This document shows, in pieces, positions 12,315 to 23,553 of a stretch of 64,000 nucleotides of DNA; positions within the stretch are counted from its first letter, which is position 1; each line of letters starts with the position of its first letter. This DNA is from Chloropicon primus. Lineage: Eukaryota. The DNA lies in assembly GCA_023205875.1 (NCBI GenBank), contig CP060771.1:1-64000 (forward strand), given 5' to 3'. The translations under genes were made by a program, and so were the position numbers. A model generated the notes under the pieces. The model was not told where the DNA came from. It made no database searches and saw only the letters and a program-made list of their open reading frames with translations.

Positions 12315-12680
12315 TTTCTGTTGCAGCCGTTTTTTTCTTCCTCGTATTTGTTTTTATATTTGTTTTTATTAGTTTCATATTTATGATTGTTTTTCGGCCA
12401 ATGAAAATGAACCTCCTCCTGGAGCCTCCAGAAGTGGATAAGGCAAACCCAACACAACCCAACACAACCCAACACAACCCAACACAACCCAGGGGGTAAG
12501 ACAAAGGAGGACGACGAGGAGGACATACACAACACAACACGCTACAAACTCTTTCCATACTGAACAACAACACACCGCTAACTCCGCCTTCCCTTCGCTT
12601 TTTGTCCTGGACAATGCAGAGACAGGTATTGATTCATTGATTGATTCATTGATTGCGGTTGCTTGGTTGATTGCTTGGTT

Positions 12681-12714
<34 letters not shown>

Positions 12715-12719
12715 AGACG

Positions 12720-13991
12720 ATGAAGACGAGGATGACGGGCGCGATGGCATCGAGGTCTTCCTCTTGTCCTTCTTCTCTTAGAGGGCAAGGGCAAGGGCAA
12801 GGTCTTGGGATGAGGACGGCCAGCAACAGAAGGCTTGGGGGGGGTGCTGGGAGGACGGCGTCCTCCTTGGCGGAGAGGAGGGAGGGAAGGACGGAAGCGG
12901 TGAGCCAAGCGGCGGCGGAGTTGGGGGTGCCGGTGGGGACGCCGACGAGGGAGGCGTGCAAGCAGGAGATTGCGGACAGGCCCAGGAGGAACAGGAAGGC
13001 TGCCATCTTGAGGGAAGCGATTAGGGAGACCCCACCGGTGCTTCCGGCGAACATGATCTACCCCCTGTTCGTGTACGACCACGTCATGGAGCCGGAAACT
13101 GAGACGGAGATCTCGTCCATGCCGGGCGTGAGGAGGCATACCGTCGAGGGGGTGGTGAAGGAGGTGGGGGAGGCGATCGCGGTGGGGGTGAAGCAGTGCG
13201 TCGTCTTCCCCAAGACGCCGGACGCCCTGAAGACGAGGCTGGGCGAGGAGTGCTACAACTCGGAGGGTCTCGCCCAGCGCACCATCAGGGCACTGAAGGA
13301 CGCCTACGGGGACGAGGTCTTCGTGCACACGGACGTCGCCCTCGACCCGTACAACACGGACGGCCACGACGGCATCGTGGACGACCTCACCGGGAGGGTC
13401 CTCAACGACGAGACTGTCCTCATGCTGTGCAAGCAGGCCGTGTCCCAGGCGGAGGCCGGGGCGGACTGCGTGGCCCCGAGCGACATGATGGACGGGAGGA
13501 TCGGGGCCATCAGGCAGGCCTTGGACGACAACGGCTTTGAGCACGTGAGCATCATGAGCTACTGCGCAAAGTACGCGAGTGCTTTCTACGGACCGTTCAG
13601 GGACGCCCTGGACAGCGCCCCGGTCGCCGGAGGCGTCCAGAGGAAGGTCCCCAAGGACAAGAAGACCTATCAGATGGACCCGGGGAACTACAGGGAAGCG
13701 CTGAGGGAGCTGGAGGCCGACGAGGCCGAGGGGGCGGACGTGGTAATGGTCAAGCCCGGCATGCCTTACCTGGACGTGATCAGGCTCCTCAGGGACAACA
13801 CCTCCCTGCCGGTGGCCGCGTATCACGTGTCTGGCGAGTACGCCATGCTCAAGGCCGCCGCCGCGAACGGTTGGGTGGACGAGAGGGAGTGCGTCCTAGA
13901 GGCCCTGACGTGCTTCAAGCGGGCGGGCGCGGACCTCATCCTGACCTACTACGCCAAGCAGGCCGCCGCCTGGCTCCAGGAGGAGGATTGA
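12720..13991 (+). CDS. HEMB: Delta-aminolevulinic acid dehydratase (porphobilinogen synthase), plastid, Mg-type
   Basis: RPRRNR, TDVALDPYNTDGHDGIV (Asp-rich rather than Cys/Zn site), APSDMMDGR, KYASAFYGPFRDAL, KKTYQMDP, MVKPGMPYLD; transit peptide. Confidence 0.98.
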   Translation: MKTRMTGAMASRSSSCPSSLRGQGQGQGLGMRTASNRRLGGGAGRTASSLAERREGRTEAVSQAAAELGVPVGTPTREACKQEIADRPRRNRKAAILREAIRETPPVLPANMIYPLFVYDHVMEPETETEISSMPGVRRHTVEGVVKEVGEAIAVGVKQCVVFPKTPDALKTRLGEECYNSEGLAQRTIRALKDAYGDEVFVHTDVALDPYNTDGHDGIVDDLTGRVLNDETVLMLCKQAVSQAEAGADCVAPSDMMDGRIGAIRQALDDNGFEHVSIMSYCAKYASAFYGPFRDALDSAPVAGGVQRKVPKDKKTYQMDPGNYREALRELEADEAEGADVVMVKPGMPYLDVIRLLRDNTSLPVAAYHVSGEYAMLKAAAANGWVDERECVLEALTCFKRAGADLILTYYAKQAAAWLQEED

Positions 13992-14234
13992 AGACGAAAG
14001 CCAGAGAAGAAGAAGAAGTAGAAGGAGTAGAGCTGTGGGTGTGGCTGGGGGGGGGGGCGGGAGGAAGGAAGGAAGTTAAAAAAAGAAAAAGCGATTCAAT
14101 GATTTTTTGGTTGTTGCTGGCTTGTTCACAGCAGCAGAGTGGTAGTACAGGCTATGCATCATTACTTTACAATTCCCCTCGTCGCCATTTATTCGCTTCT
14201 TTTATTCTCCTTCTTTTATTCTCCTTCTTCTTCT

Positions 14235-15389
14235 TCAAGAGGCTCTTATGATTGCCGGGTTGACGCTGACCCCGTCGTTCATCATCGGCGCGTAGATCTT
14301 GCTTCCCAGAGACTTTTTTATCCTCTCCCGGATCCCCGCGGACGAGCTGTTGACGTAGGAGCACACGTTGTTCACCAAGGAGCCCGCGAGGGAGCTGGCG
14401 CTGGACGAGGTCGCGAGGGTCGCCGGGCCCTTCGTCGGCGTGCACGGGAGCCCGGGGTTGCTCAGGTCCCTGAAGGATGACCCGCTCGAGAAGCAGCTGT
14501 CCCAGCTCCAGCTCCTCGAGTGCTCCAGGCCCCTCCCGCTTGGAGTCCTCTTCGACGACGACAACGACGACGAGTCCTTGAACTCGTCCCCGAGGAGGTC
14601 CTCCGAATTCCTCCGGCTGTTTCGCAGGGCGTAACGCCCCTCCGTCAGCACGTCCGCGGGGGCCTCCTCCACCTTGGCGGTGATAGACACGTTGGTCATC
14701 TTCAGCGGCAGAAGCAGGGAGGCCAAGGTGCCGGCGCCCCTCCTCCGCCTCAGCCCCGACGGCGCGATCTTCATCAGGCCCAGAACCCCCACGAGGTTGT
14801 CGTCGTCGTCGTCGTCGACGACGTTGGAGGCCTGGCGCCTCCCCCACCTGCGCCGCGAGGACTCCTTGGTGCTGCTGCTGCTGTGGGGGCTGAAGCACAC
14901 CGAGTCCCCCGCGTCCCTGTAAAGCCCGTTCAGCGTCACCTTCGCCGCCTGCGAGTCCTGCGAGTCCTGCGAGTCCGAGCCGGGGGAGGCGGCCGCATTG
15001 CGGTCGTCCACAGAGTGCGGCGGCGGGTCGTACTGCACGAGCGTCCCGTCGTTCCTCAGCACGATGAGGGGGAGAATCGTCGCCAGCTTCCTCCTGCAGC
15101 TCCCCTCGTCGTTGGAGAATATCGTTCGGCCGGATTTCCCCTCCTCCCCCGAGTGCAGCTCCTCCACGCCGTACCTCTCCCTCGCCACCCTCAGGCCCTC
15201 CATCCAAGCGAGCTCCTGCCTCTCCCACTCCGTCCTCACCGCGGCGCGCTCCATGGGCGACACCGGCTCCAGGGCGGTGCACGACACGCAGTGCCCGCAC
15301 GTCAACTGAGGCTGCACCACCACGTGCCGCGCCGGCCGGAACGACGACGACGAGGTAGCACAAGTCGCCACCGGACACAAAAAAGTCAT
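14235..15389 (-). CDS. Hypothetical Ser-rich protein
   Basis: ~384-aa ORF from MTFLCPV with GC3-rich codon usage like neighbours; no recognisable domain. Confidence 0.65.
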   Translation of the reverse strand: MTFLCPVATCATSSSSFRPARHVVVQPQLTCGHCVSCTALEPVSPMERAAVRTEWERQELAWMEGLRVARERYGVEELHSGEEGKSGRTIFSNDEGSCRRKLATILPLIVLRNDGTLVQYDPPPHSVDDRNAAASPGSDSQDSQDSQAAKVTLNGLYRDAGDSVCFSPHSSSSTKESSRRRWGRRQASNVVDDDDDDNLVGVLGLMKIAPSGLRRRRGAGTLASLLLPLKMTNVSITAKVEEAPADVLTEGRYALRNSRRNSEDLLGDEFKDSSSLSSSKRTPSGRGLEHSRSWSWDSCFSSGSSFRDLSNPGLPCTPTKGPATLATSSSASSLAGSLVNNVCSYVNSSSAGIRERIKKSLGSKIYAPMMNDGVSVNPAIIRAS

Positions 15390-15774
15390 CCTCTCCTCTC
15401 CTGCTGTGGTGGCTGTGGTGGTCGCGTGGCGGAGACGAAAGCGAAGCGAGTGCGAACGCGAACACAAAGTCTTCCCTCCGTGTTACGGTGCGTTGTGTTG
15501 TTGATATTGTTGTTGTTGTTGTTCCCTTCCCCCTCCTGGTTGTGTTACGTCGTCTCCCTTCCTTTCCCTTCCCCTCGTTGTTCTGGCGCGGCGCCGTCGT
15601 TTGTTTTTATGCGGTTGTGGTTCTGGCTCCTCTCCTCTTCTCACGGATTGGGATTGAAAATCAATGGGCGGGTGATGAGCGTTTCAAGGAGGCGTTACTA
15701 CTTGATGGGGAACATGGGAGGGAGATCGAAATTCCAAAAAAAACTTGGCGGGAAGATCAGGATCAGGCGGCCGA

Positions 15775-16152
15775 GGAGGAGGAGGAGGACATGAGGGGAG
15801 ATGGTGATGGTGATGGCGATGGTGACAAGCACACCACTAGACTTGGGAAACACAGGAACACACCACTTATCCAGGAAGAAAACACAAGGCTCCTACTACA
15901 TTGGACGACTGGGGATCAACACACAATAATACGATCAGAAGATCAGCATCAGGAATCAGGATATGGCCCGCCAACGAGGAGGAGGAGGAGGAGGACATGA
16001 GGGGAGATGGTGATGGTGATGGTGACAAGCACACCACTAGACTTGGGAAACACAGGAACACACCACTTATCCAGGAAGAAAACACAAGGCTCCTACTACA
16101 TTGGACGACTGGGGATCAACACACAATAATACGATCAGAAGATCAGCATCAG
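15775..16152. repeat. Direct tandem duplication of ~200 bp
   Basis: ACTTGGGAAACACAGGAACACACCAC... occurs at 15841 and 16041. Copies are nearly identical apart from a 6-bp difference in a GATGGT microsatellite. Confidence 0.95.
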
Positions 16153-16239
16153 CACGATCCCCTATCCCCCCCCCTATATCCATCCTCAAAGTCCTCCTCC
16201 TCCTCCTCCTCCTCCTCGTCGTCGTCATGACCATCACGA

Positions 16240-17634
16240 TCACGATCGTCCCATCGCGATCACGTCCCCCCACTTTTTGGCCTTGAGTTCGCCGTACTCG
16301 GGGTCGGATCGCGTCACGACCACGTTGGAGACCCTTCCCCCTCCTGCTGGCCCCTCCTCATCATCGCACAGGCGGAAGATAACGTGCCCCCCGCGCTTCC
16401 TCGGGGTGCCCACGATCCTTCCCTCTCTTCCCCCTTTCCTCTCCCCGCCCACAAGCTGCTCCACGATCGAGTTCCCCTTCCCCTCCTCCCCCTCCTCCTC
16501 CTTCTCCTTCTGGACCGCGAGGTACGAGAACTTCTCCGAGTAGCCCCCCTCCCTCCTCTCCCTCCTTGGACTCAGGGAGGCCCCGGGCCTGGCCCTCGCG
16601 TAATTGGCCCAGTGGGCGACCGGGGCCAACGACCCCTTCCTCGATCGATCCCCCTCCCTCCGGTACGGCTGCGCAAAGTGGCACCACTCCCCGACCTTCT
16701 TCTTCTTCAGATTCTTCTTCTTCTTCTTCTGGCTCCTCCCCTCCTCCTCCTCCTCCTCCTCCTCCGTCGTCGTCGCCATGGGGCAGGAGAGGAGGTGGGT
16801 GCACGGGGCCAATACCCTGAGCCCCCCGTGCTTTCCCATCTCCAGCACCCTCTCCCTCACCTTGGCCACCGTGTGGAACCCCCTGGGCGTGCCGGGCTCC
16901 ACCACCACCAGGAGCCCCCCCGGCCTCACCAAGCTCCATATCTTGTCCAGTTCCTTGGCCCTCCTGGCTCCCTCCTCGATCTCGCTGAGCGAGAAGCAGG
17001 CCAGGGCCACGTCGTACCTCGGGCCGGCCCTGGACCCGGTCAGGGTCCTGATCCCCCGGGACCAGAAGGCGTCGGGCACGACCCGGAGCCCCGAGCGCCT
17101 CAGGGCCTCGCTCGGCTCCACGCAGTCCAACCGAAACTCCAGGGGAGACCTCTCCAGCCCAGGGGTCGCCTTGGCGGCCAAGGGCAAAACCTCCATGAGG
17201 GCCAGGGAGGAGGAACCGCAACCCGCGCCGTAGTCGAGCACCGAGACCGAGACCGGTCCGCTCGCGTCGTCGGTCACGCTCGGCTCCGTTGGCCCCGCTC
17301 GTCCGACCTCGCTCACGTCCACACCCAGGGCACTCGCAATCGCGTGGACCGAGGCAACAAAGGTGGGAGGTCCCCTCAGGAGCGTGTGTGCCGCCACCAG
17401 GCTCCCTGCCTTCTTGCTCTTCCTCCCTCCTCCACCCTCCAGGACGTGCTTCCACCCAGGAGGCCCAGGCCTCCCTCCCTCCTCCTCCTGCCGAACTGAG
17501 CCGCCTCCCACCGCCACTCTGTCCACGAGCTCCGTGGCCGCCCTGGCCAGCTGATTGTTCGTCAAGGGATTCCCTCGCTTGGACAAGAGCGCCTGCTGAA
17601 ACCTCTCCAGCACCCGCGACGGCACCACCAGCAT
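16240..17634 (-). CDS. RSM22: Rsm22/METTL17 family mitochondrial small ribosomal subunit methyltransferase-like protein
   Basis: VLDYGAGCG SAM motif, LVVVEPGTPRGF, VLAPCTHLLSCPM, WCHFAQ, EKFSYL, PRKRGGHVIFRLC, WGD. Start codon uncertain. Confidence 0.88.
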   Translation of the reverse strand: MLVVPSRVLERFQQALLSKRGNPLTNNQLARAATELVDRVAVGGGSVRQEEEGGRPGPPGWKHVLEGGGGRKSKKAGSLVAAHTLLRGPPTFVASVHAIASALGVDVSEVGRAGPTEPSVTDDASGPVSVSVLDYGAGCGSSSLALMEVLPLAAKATPGLERSPLEFRLDCVEPSEALRRSGLRVVPDAFWSRGIRTLTGSRAGPRYDVALACFSLSEIEEGARRAKELDKIWSLVRPGGLLVVVEPGTPRGFHTVAKVRERVLEMGKHGGLRVLAPCTHLLSCPMATTTEEEEEEEEGRSQKKKKKNLKKKKVGEWCHFAQPYRREGDRSRKGSLAPVAHWANYARARPGASLSPRRERREGGYSEKFSYLAVQKEKEEEGEEGKGNSIVEQLVGGERKGGREGRIVGTPRKRGGHVIFRLCDDEEGPAGGGRVSNVVVTRSDPEYGELKAKKWGDVIAMGRS

Positions 17635-18004
17635 GCTCGCTCGCCAACCTCTCTCCCTCTCTCTCCTCTCTCCTCTCTTCGTCAATCCCCTCCCGACTCC
17701 TTGCCCCGCCCTTCACCGACAACACGAGACCCTCCTCCTTGCCATCCGCACAAACCTCCCCCTCCTGGTCTCTTCTCAATGCTGCATGGCTGGATGCCTC
17801 CTCCTCCTGTTCCTGATCCTCCTCCTCCTCGTCCTCGTGCTCTGATACTGATGCTGATGCTTGATGCGTCAAGCAATGACCAGCTGGATGGGCAGGGCGG
17901 CAGGGCGAGGACTCCTCCCTCTCCTCCCTCTCTCCTCGTCCTCGTCCTCGTCCTCGTCCGCGGCGCTCCTCTCTGCTCTGCTCCTCAGAACTGAAGCACG
18001 AGTG

Positions 18005-18039
<35 letters not shown>

Positions 18040-18133
18040 AGCAGGGAACGGGGACGAGGACGAGGAAGAGGGCAACACCAGGAAAACCTACGTCTCAAGG
18101 GCTTTCGTTTGGTACCGGCATCGAGGCACGAGC

Positions 18134-18486
18134 GCTTGGGGGCAAGTGAAGGAGAGGGAGAGGGAGAGAGGGAGGACTGTGGGGCGCTTTGGGGCAAGTG
18201 AAGGAGAGGGAGAGGGAGAGAGGGGAACGAGCGAGCGAGAGAGAGGGAGAGAGGGAGGACTGTGGGGCGCTTGGGGGCAAGTGAAGGAGAGGGAGAGGGA
18301 GATAAGGGAACGAGCAAGAGAGAGAGAGGGAGAGAGGGAGGACTGTGGGGCGCTTGGGGGCAAGTGAAGGAGAGGGAGAGGGAGGGAGGGGAACGAGCGA
18401 GAGAGAGAGAGAGGGAGAGAGGGAGGACTGTGGGGCGCTTGGGGGCAAGTGAAGGAGAGGGAGAGGGAGAGAGGGAGGACTGTGGG
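18134..18486. repeat. Purine-rich minisatellite (core GCTTGGGGGCAAGTGAAGGAGAGGGAGAGGGAG...GGAGGACTGTGGGGC), 5 copies of variable length
   Basis: GGGGCAAGTGAAGGAGAGGG recurs near 18138, 18191, 18274, 18357 and 18442. Confidence 0.93.
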
Positions 18487-18567
18487 CTTGGGCTTTCGTG
18501 GACGGAGCAGTCGGATTGCTTGATTGGTTGGGAGCATCACATCGCATCGCATTGGATACGTTTGAAG

Positions 18568-19449
18568 ATGCGTGACTTGAGAGAAGGGAACGTGGGTCTG
18601 GAGGACTTCCCCTACGTGCTGGATGCAGAGTACCTGGTGGAGGTAGCGAGGAAGGCAGGGGATGCGGTGATGGAGGTGTACGGGGAGAGCGAGGAGGACT
18701 GGGGGGTGCAGAAGAAGGGGGACGAGAGTCCGGTGACCAAGGCGGACCTCAAAGCCAACAAGGTCATTTGCGATATGCTGGTGAGCGCGTACCCGAGCGT
18801 ACCCATAACGAGCGAGGAGAACAAGAAAGTGGATTGGGAGACGAGGAAGGACTACCTGTACAGCTGGAACATCGACCCCCTGGACGGGACCAAGGAGTTC
18901 ATCAAGAGGAACGGCCAGTTCGCTGTGAATATCGCCCTGGTGAAGCGGCAGGAGGCGGTGGTGGGCCTCGTGCAGGTGCCGGTGACAGGACGGACCTACT
19001 GGGCGGCCAAGGGGAAGGGCTCGTACGTCCGCACCGCCTCCGGGGAGGAGACCCGACTCCAGTGCAAGGCGTTCAGGGAGGACGCCGCCGGCCTCGGCAT
19101 CATCGTGAGCCGCAGGCACATGAGCAAGGAGACGGAAGACTTCATCTCCAGGTACGACTCCCCCGTGTTCACCCAGATGGGCTCGTCCCTCAAGTTCACC
19201 AAAATTGCGGAGAACGAGGCCCACATCTACCCCAGGATGGCCCCGACCTGCGAGTGGGACACTGCCGCGCCCCACGTCGTGCTCTCGGAGGCCGGGGGCG
19301 AGGTCCTTCAGTGCGGACTGTGCACGTCCTCCGGCGAGCTTTTGGAGGATTGGAAGGAGGTTCTCGTGAAGCAGGTCCCCGTGGTGTACAACAAGGAGAA
19401 CGACCTCAACCCCTTCTTCGTGGCTTACGGGAAGAGAATCAAGGATTGA
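18568..19449 (+). CDS. cysQ: 3'(2'),5'-bisphosphate nucleotidase, CysQ-type inositol monophosphatase family
   Basis: KGDESPVTKAD, SEE, WNIDPLDGTKEFI, GSSLKF, YPRMAPTCEWDTAA. Confidence 0.92.
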   Translation: MRDLREGNVGLEDFPYVLDAEYLVEVARKAGDAVMEVYGESEEDWGVQKKGDESPVTKADLKANKVICDMLVSAYPSVPITSEENKKVDWETRKDYLYSWNIDPLDGTKEFIKRNGQFAVNIALVKRQEAVVGLVQVPVTGRTYWAAKGKGSYVRTASGEETRLQCKAFREDAAGLGIIVSRRHMSKETEDFISRYDSPVFTQMGSSLKFTKIAENEAHIYPRMAPTCEWDTAAPHVVLSEAGGEVLQCGLCTSSGELLEDWKEVLVKQVPVVYNKENDLNPFFVAYGKRIKD

Positions 19450-19909
19450 TGGATGGATCCACAGCCAGCTTAACACCACGACTTGACCAAACTGAAAAAA
19501 AGAGGCAACTTCTTTCCTTTTCGATTGCCGTGAGTGATCACACCTCGCCAAGTGTTTCCCCTCCTGCCTGATCCCGTACCAATGCCGTCCCTCCCTCCCC
19601 CCTCCCAGTCCTCACCATGATCCCTTTCACCATTCCTCCCAAGTGAGAGCTCTTTGGAAAGAGCAAGAGACAACGCATTCATCTATTCATGATGCCTCCC
19701 CCCCTCCCCCTCCTTCCATTCACCCCCTCCTTCCATTCACCCCCTCCCGCCGTCCGTTCTCCTCCGCCTCCGAACCATCCGTAACGCTTGGCTGGGTCGA
19801 CGATTTCAAATTCAGGGAGCGACAGATCGACAAAGAGCCAGCGACGACGAGGACGACGAGGACGACGACGAGGACGACGACGAGGACGACGAGGAAGAAG
19901 CGCGGCGCC

Positions 19910-20929
19910 ATGGAGGAGAACAAACCCATCCTTTACCCTATCGCTCTCCCCAACGCCAACAAGAAGAAGAAAAGCAACGGAGGTAAGAACAAAACAAAAC
20001 GAAACAAAACAAAACGAGGAGGCGAGGGCTTCATGTCACATCGAGGAATGGCCACGGCTCGGAGGTTTGTTCGTGAGCGGCGGACTGACGGACTCCCTTC
20101 CCTTGCTTGGTGTTGGTTCATGTTGTCAGGCGGAGGGCTTGCGTGCGCGGTGGGGAATTGCTTTGCGAACACGAATGGAAAGACTTACACCATGACGCCC
20201 TCGCCCTTTGGAAAGGGAGGAGGAGGAGGATCTGGTGCCATGGCGATAGGAGACAGGGAAGACAAGGAGAACAGCAATATCGAGGCGGCGATGGAGGGGA
20301 TTCGTGCCATGAAGGAGGTCCTCTCCAGGAACAACAGCGCCCACGAGCTCGACATCGAGGTCACGAGCAGGGCGGTGAACATGCGCCACAACCACGTGAA
20401 GCCGCCGAGGAGGGACACCCCCCCGAGCAAGGTGTCCGTCCTCGCGAAGATCGACAACGTTCTGTCCGAGTCGGCGAAAGTCACCCCGCTGGCGAGCCAG
20501 GCCAGCAGCGGCAGCAGCGCGTTCACGCTGCAGGACGAGGTGATTGGGAGCTTGAGCTCGACGCCAAGGATGGCCTCGCACTTGGACGTGACCCCGCCGA
20601 AGAAGAGCGGCACCGCCGGCTTCATCGACATGGGGACCCTCCACTCGAACGGGTCCTCGAGCATCACCTTCTCGAACGATGCCACGCCGGTGAAGGACTG
20701 CGACAGGATGCTCCAAGAGATGATGGGAAGCAGTAACGCATCCCCAAAGTCGCCCACCACGATGCTGGCGCACTCCCTGTACCTCAAGGCCCAGGACACG
20801 GCGCCCGCCGAGCAGAGAAGCAAGTCGAGGAGCAGCAACAGGGTGCAAGTGGTGGCGAGCCTCTTGGGGGCTGTGGCCTTGTTCACCGTGACTAGGCTCG
20901 TCGGTGGGGGAAAGAGAAGCAGAACCTGA
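19910..20929 (+). CDS. Hypothetical tail-anchored protein; exons 19910-19982 and 20130-20929
   Basis: In-frame 147-nt GT-AG intron with CTGAC at 20085. Ser/Thr/Pro-rich body; C-terminal hydrophobic helix followed by basic residues. Confidence 0.65.
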   Translation: MEENKPILYPIALPNANKKKKSNGGKNKTKRNKTKRGGEGFMSHRGMATARRFVRERRTDGLPSLAWCWFMLSGGGLACAVGNCFANTNGKTYTMTPSPFGKGGGGGSGAMAIGDREDKENSNIEAAMEGIRAMKEVLSRNNSAHELDIEVTSRAVNMRHNHVKPPRRDTPPSKVSVLAKIDNVLSESAKVTPLASQASSGSSAFTLQDEVIGSLSSTPRMASHLDVTPPKKSGTAGFIDMGTLHSNGSSSITFSNDATPVKDCDRMLQEMMGSSNASPKSPTTMLAHSLYLKAQDTAPAEQRSKSRSSNRVQVVASLLGAVALFTVTRLVGGGKRSRT

Positions 20930-21084
20930 GGAGGACGAGCGACGGCGACGACAAGACCCGAGTCAAAAGGGCAGTGCACCTCGTTAAAACATAGCATGTA
21001 ATCACAAGGGCCGCCAAGACCTGCTGAGAGGACCTTTATATACACAAGTCGTGTGTCATCCACCGGTGGGCCTTTTGCCCCTGC

Positions 21085-22014
21085 CTACCGGATGTGTGAA
21101 AACTGAGAGAACTCAGAGTTGTTGAAGGAGAAGGGCTGGTCCGCAGACCTCGTGACGTCTATCCTCGGGCCAAAGACCTTGATCTGCCTCAGGTGCGTGT
21201 CCCTCCCGTTCTGATGGTTGCTGAGCACGGCGATCTGCAAGCAGTGGGTCCGGACGAACCTCTGCCCCTCGTGGTTCTCTCCCCCCTTGACGGCGTTCGG
21301 GTCGTCCGAGGAGGTCCCCGCGGCGCCCGTCCCCGCCAGGGGTATTACCACCCAGCCCTGAGGCTCCTCCAGCTCCACGGTCTTGATCTCCTGCAAGTCG
21401 TAGTAGCTGTTCCCAACCCGGAAGCTCACCTTTCATCGTGGTGGTGAAGATGAAGAAGAAGTGAAGCGTTTCATGTCAGTCAGCAAGTCTCTGCCGAAGT
21501 CGTCTGCCCGCCTTCCCTCTCCCTGGCTTACCTTTTGAGGCGTGTAGGACTCATCGTTCCTGTAGTCCACGTACATGACAACCTCCAGGACCCTGACCTT
21601 CCTTTGGAATTGGATGTTGACCAAGTGTGGTTGAGTTCCATCCGACTGCCAGAAAGTTTCCACGTTGTTGTCTCGGAGATACTCCACGCCGTTCCCTGGT
21701 TTGTTGCTCGTCACAGACCACACCGCAAGGCAACCCACCTCCCTCTTCGAGCTGCAGGCAGCATCTGAAAAAAAAAAAAAAGCAGAGGTCAGCTTGAGCT
21801 TGCTCCATCCCCTTCCCTTTTGCTTGTCTGGGTCCATCCATCCATGGGTTGTTTTCTTGTTCTTGTTCTTACATTCTGTTCCTGGTACTTGGTGTACTCC
21901 GTCGTTTGCGGGAGGATCTCGCGGTGGAGAGTCCCTCTCCCCCTGGAGGTCCTCCCTGTCCACCTCACCCTCCTGGTCGTGGTCCGTCCAAGTCATGTCA
22001 GCCTCCATCGCCAT
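21085..22014 (-). CDS. APC10: Anaphase-promoting complex subunit 10; exons 22014-21873, 21764-21532, 21429-21085
   Basis: [55 protein letters not shown] and C-terminal IR tail. Two GT-AG introns keep the frame. Confidence 0.95.
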
Positions 22015-22043
22015 CGCCTCTGCTGTCGTTCAGCGCTTTTGAA

Positions 22044-22386
22044 CTGCTGATGACAGAGGAGGAGTGGGGATGGTAATGGAGGGAGAGAGGGAGGGATTAG
22101 GGCCAGGAGGGGTGATGGGTGATGGCACCTGCCTCTCTATCCGCCTTTCACACACACACACACACACACACACGCTCTCTGATGGGTTGGGAAGGAAGCA
22201 GGGGGGATGATACCATTCTCCTTGCTCTCTGCTGATGACAGAGGAGGAGTGGGTGAGGGTGAGGGTGAGGGTAATGGAGGGAGAGAGGGAGGGATTAGGG
22301 CCAGGAGGGGTGATGGGTGGCGGCACCTGCCTCTCTCTCTCTCTCTCTTTCTCTGATGGGTTGGGAAGGAAGCAGGAGGGATGATA
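22044..22386. repeat. Diverged direct tandem duplication (~175-198 bp) containing microsatellites
   Basis: CTGCTGATGACAGAGGAGGAGTGGG at 22044 and 22229; GGGATTAGGGCCAGGAGGGGTGATGGG at 22093 and 22291. Confidence 0.9.
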
Positions 22387-22431
22387 TTATGCAATGCAAT
22401 GCACTTCATTACATGCTTCGCCGAGGTCGTG

Positions 22432-23553
22432 TCACTGAAAGTGTTCTGATACAATGGTTGGAAGGACACCATTCGTGTGGACTTGAGCCAGGGCCTCGAG
22501 GGCTTCCGCGTCAAAATCCTCACCTTGGTTTGGATGCACGTCGGTTTTGTGAATGCCGCTCGTGATGAACAAAGAGTCGACCCCAAAATCGACGGCGCCT
22601 TTGATGTCGTGCTCGATGGAATCTCCAACGGCGACTGTCCTCCCCCTGTCGCTCTTCTCGATCCCGTACCTCATCGATGCGATGTCGTAAATCATTTTGT
22701 TCGGCTTACCCAGCAAGTGGACGTGCTCTTCCCCTATGCCAAGTTCGCGATACCGTCGGCCAAACTTGCCTGGCATGTCAACCAACTGACCCCCGCTCAC
22801 TGTGACGAGGTCCGGGTTCGCTACCAGCATAGGCAATCCCAGGTCAGCGCAGGCCACGAGCACTCCGTCGATCTCCTCCCGAGAGCGGGGCACCACCCTG
22901 CGCTCCCCGCCTCCCTCGACCACCGTTTGAGCTTCCGTGCCGTGGATCAGGATGAAGTCGGCATTCTTGGGCTCGTTGACGGCCCTGACCCTCGGAACCT
23001 CTTTCAGGGGGTCAAAGGCGCTCTTGAAACCGTCGCTTGATCCTCTCTCCGACCAAGTGAAGTGAATGCAGCTCAAGTTCGCCGCAACCGAGCCCTCCTC
23101 GCCCGCAGGAGGTAATTGTAGGTCTCTCCAAAGGCCTTCGTAACCTTTGTCCGATGTCAGTTCCTTCCCTTGGCTCGCGTTCAGGGCGTACTGCGCCACA
23201 TCCCCGGACGTAACCGCCCCGAGGAACCACTCCTTCCGGAACCCCATGCTCTCCAGGCGGTCGAACGTGGAAGAGGAGAGCCTCGATGAGTTGCTCAGGA
23301 TCACCAGGCGTTTCCCCTCGTCCTCCGCGAGCGCCCTGCACAGCTCCCTCGCCCTCGGGTACGGTTCCTTCCCATCGTGAAGCACACCAAACTGATCGAG
23401 GAAGAAAGTGTCGTATCTCTTGGTGAGGACCTCAAGGAGTCCCTCTCCCTCCGGCCTTGCTGAGGCCCTCGTTCGAGCAGCACACTCCTTCCTCCTCGCC
23501 ATGGAAGCACCCATCCCAGCACCACGAGCGGAGGAGCACCACAACCTCACCAT
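22432..23553 (-). CDS. HAD-superfamily hydrolase, subfamily IIA
   Basis: FLDQFGVLHDG motif I, ILSNSSR, VANPD, GKP, AVGDSIEHDIKGA, ITSGIH. Start could be 23553 or 23514. Confidence 0.9.
   Translation of the reverse strand: MVRLWCSSARGAGMGASMARRKECAARTRASARPEGEGLLEVLTKRYDTFFLDQFGVLHDGKEPYPRARELCRALAEDEGKRLVILSNSSRLSSSTFDRLESMGFRKEWFLGAVTSGDVAQYALNASQGKELTSDKGYEGLWRDLQLPPAGEEGSVAANLSCIHFTWSERGSSDGFKSAFDPLKEVPRVRAVNEPKNADFILIHGTEAQTVVEGGGERRVVPRSREEIDGVLVACADLGLPMLVANPDLVTVSGGQLVDMPGKFGRRYRELGIGEEHVHLLGKPNKMIYDIASMRYGIEKSDRGRTVAVGDSIEHDIKGAVDFGVDSLFITSGIHKTDVHPNQGEDFDAEALEALAQVHTNGVLPTIVSEHFQ

Noticed and set aside
2243..13991. Tetrapyrrole gene cluster (HugZ-like protein, glutamine synthetase, ALAD)
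   Set aside because: Unrelated genes are interspersed; co-location is probably chance in a dense genome.
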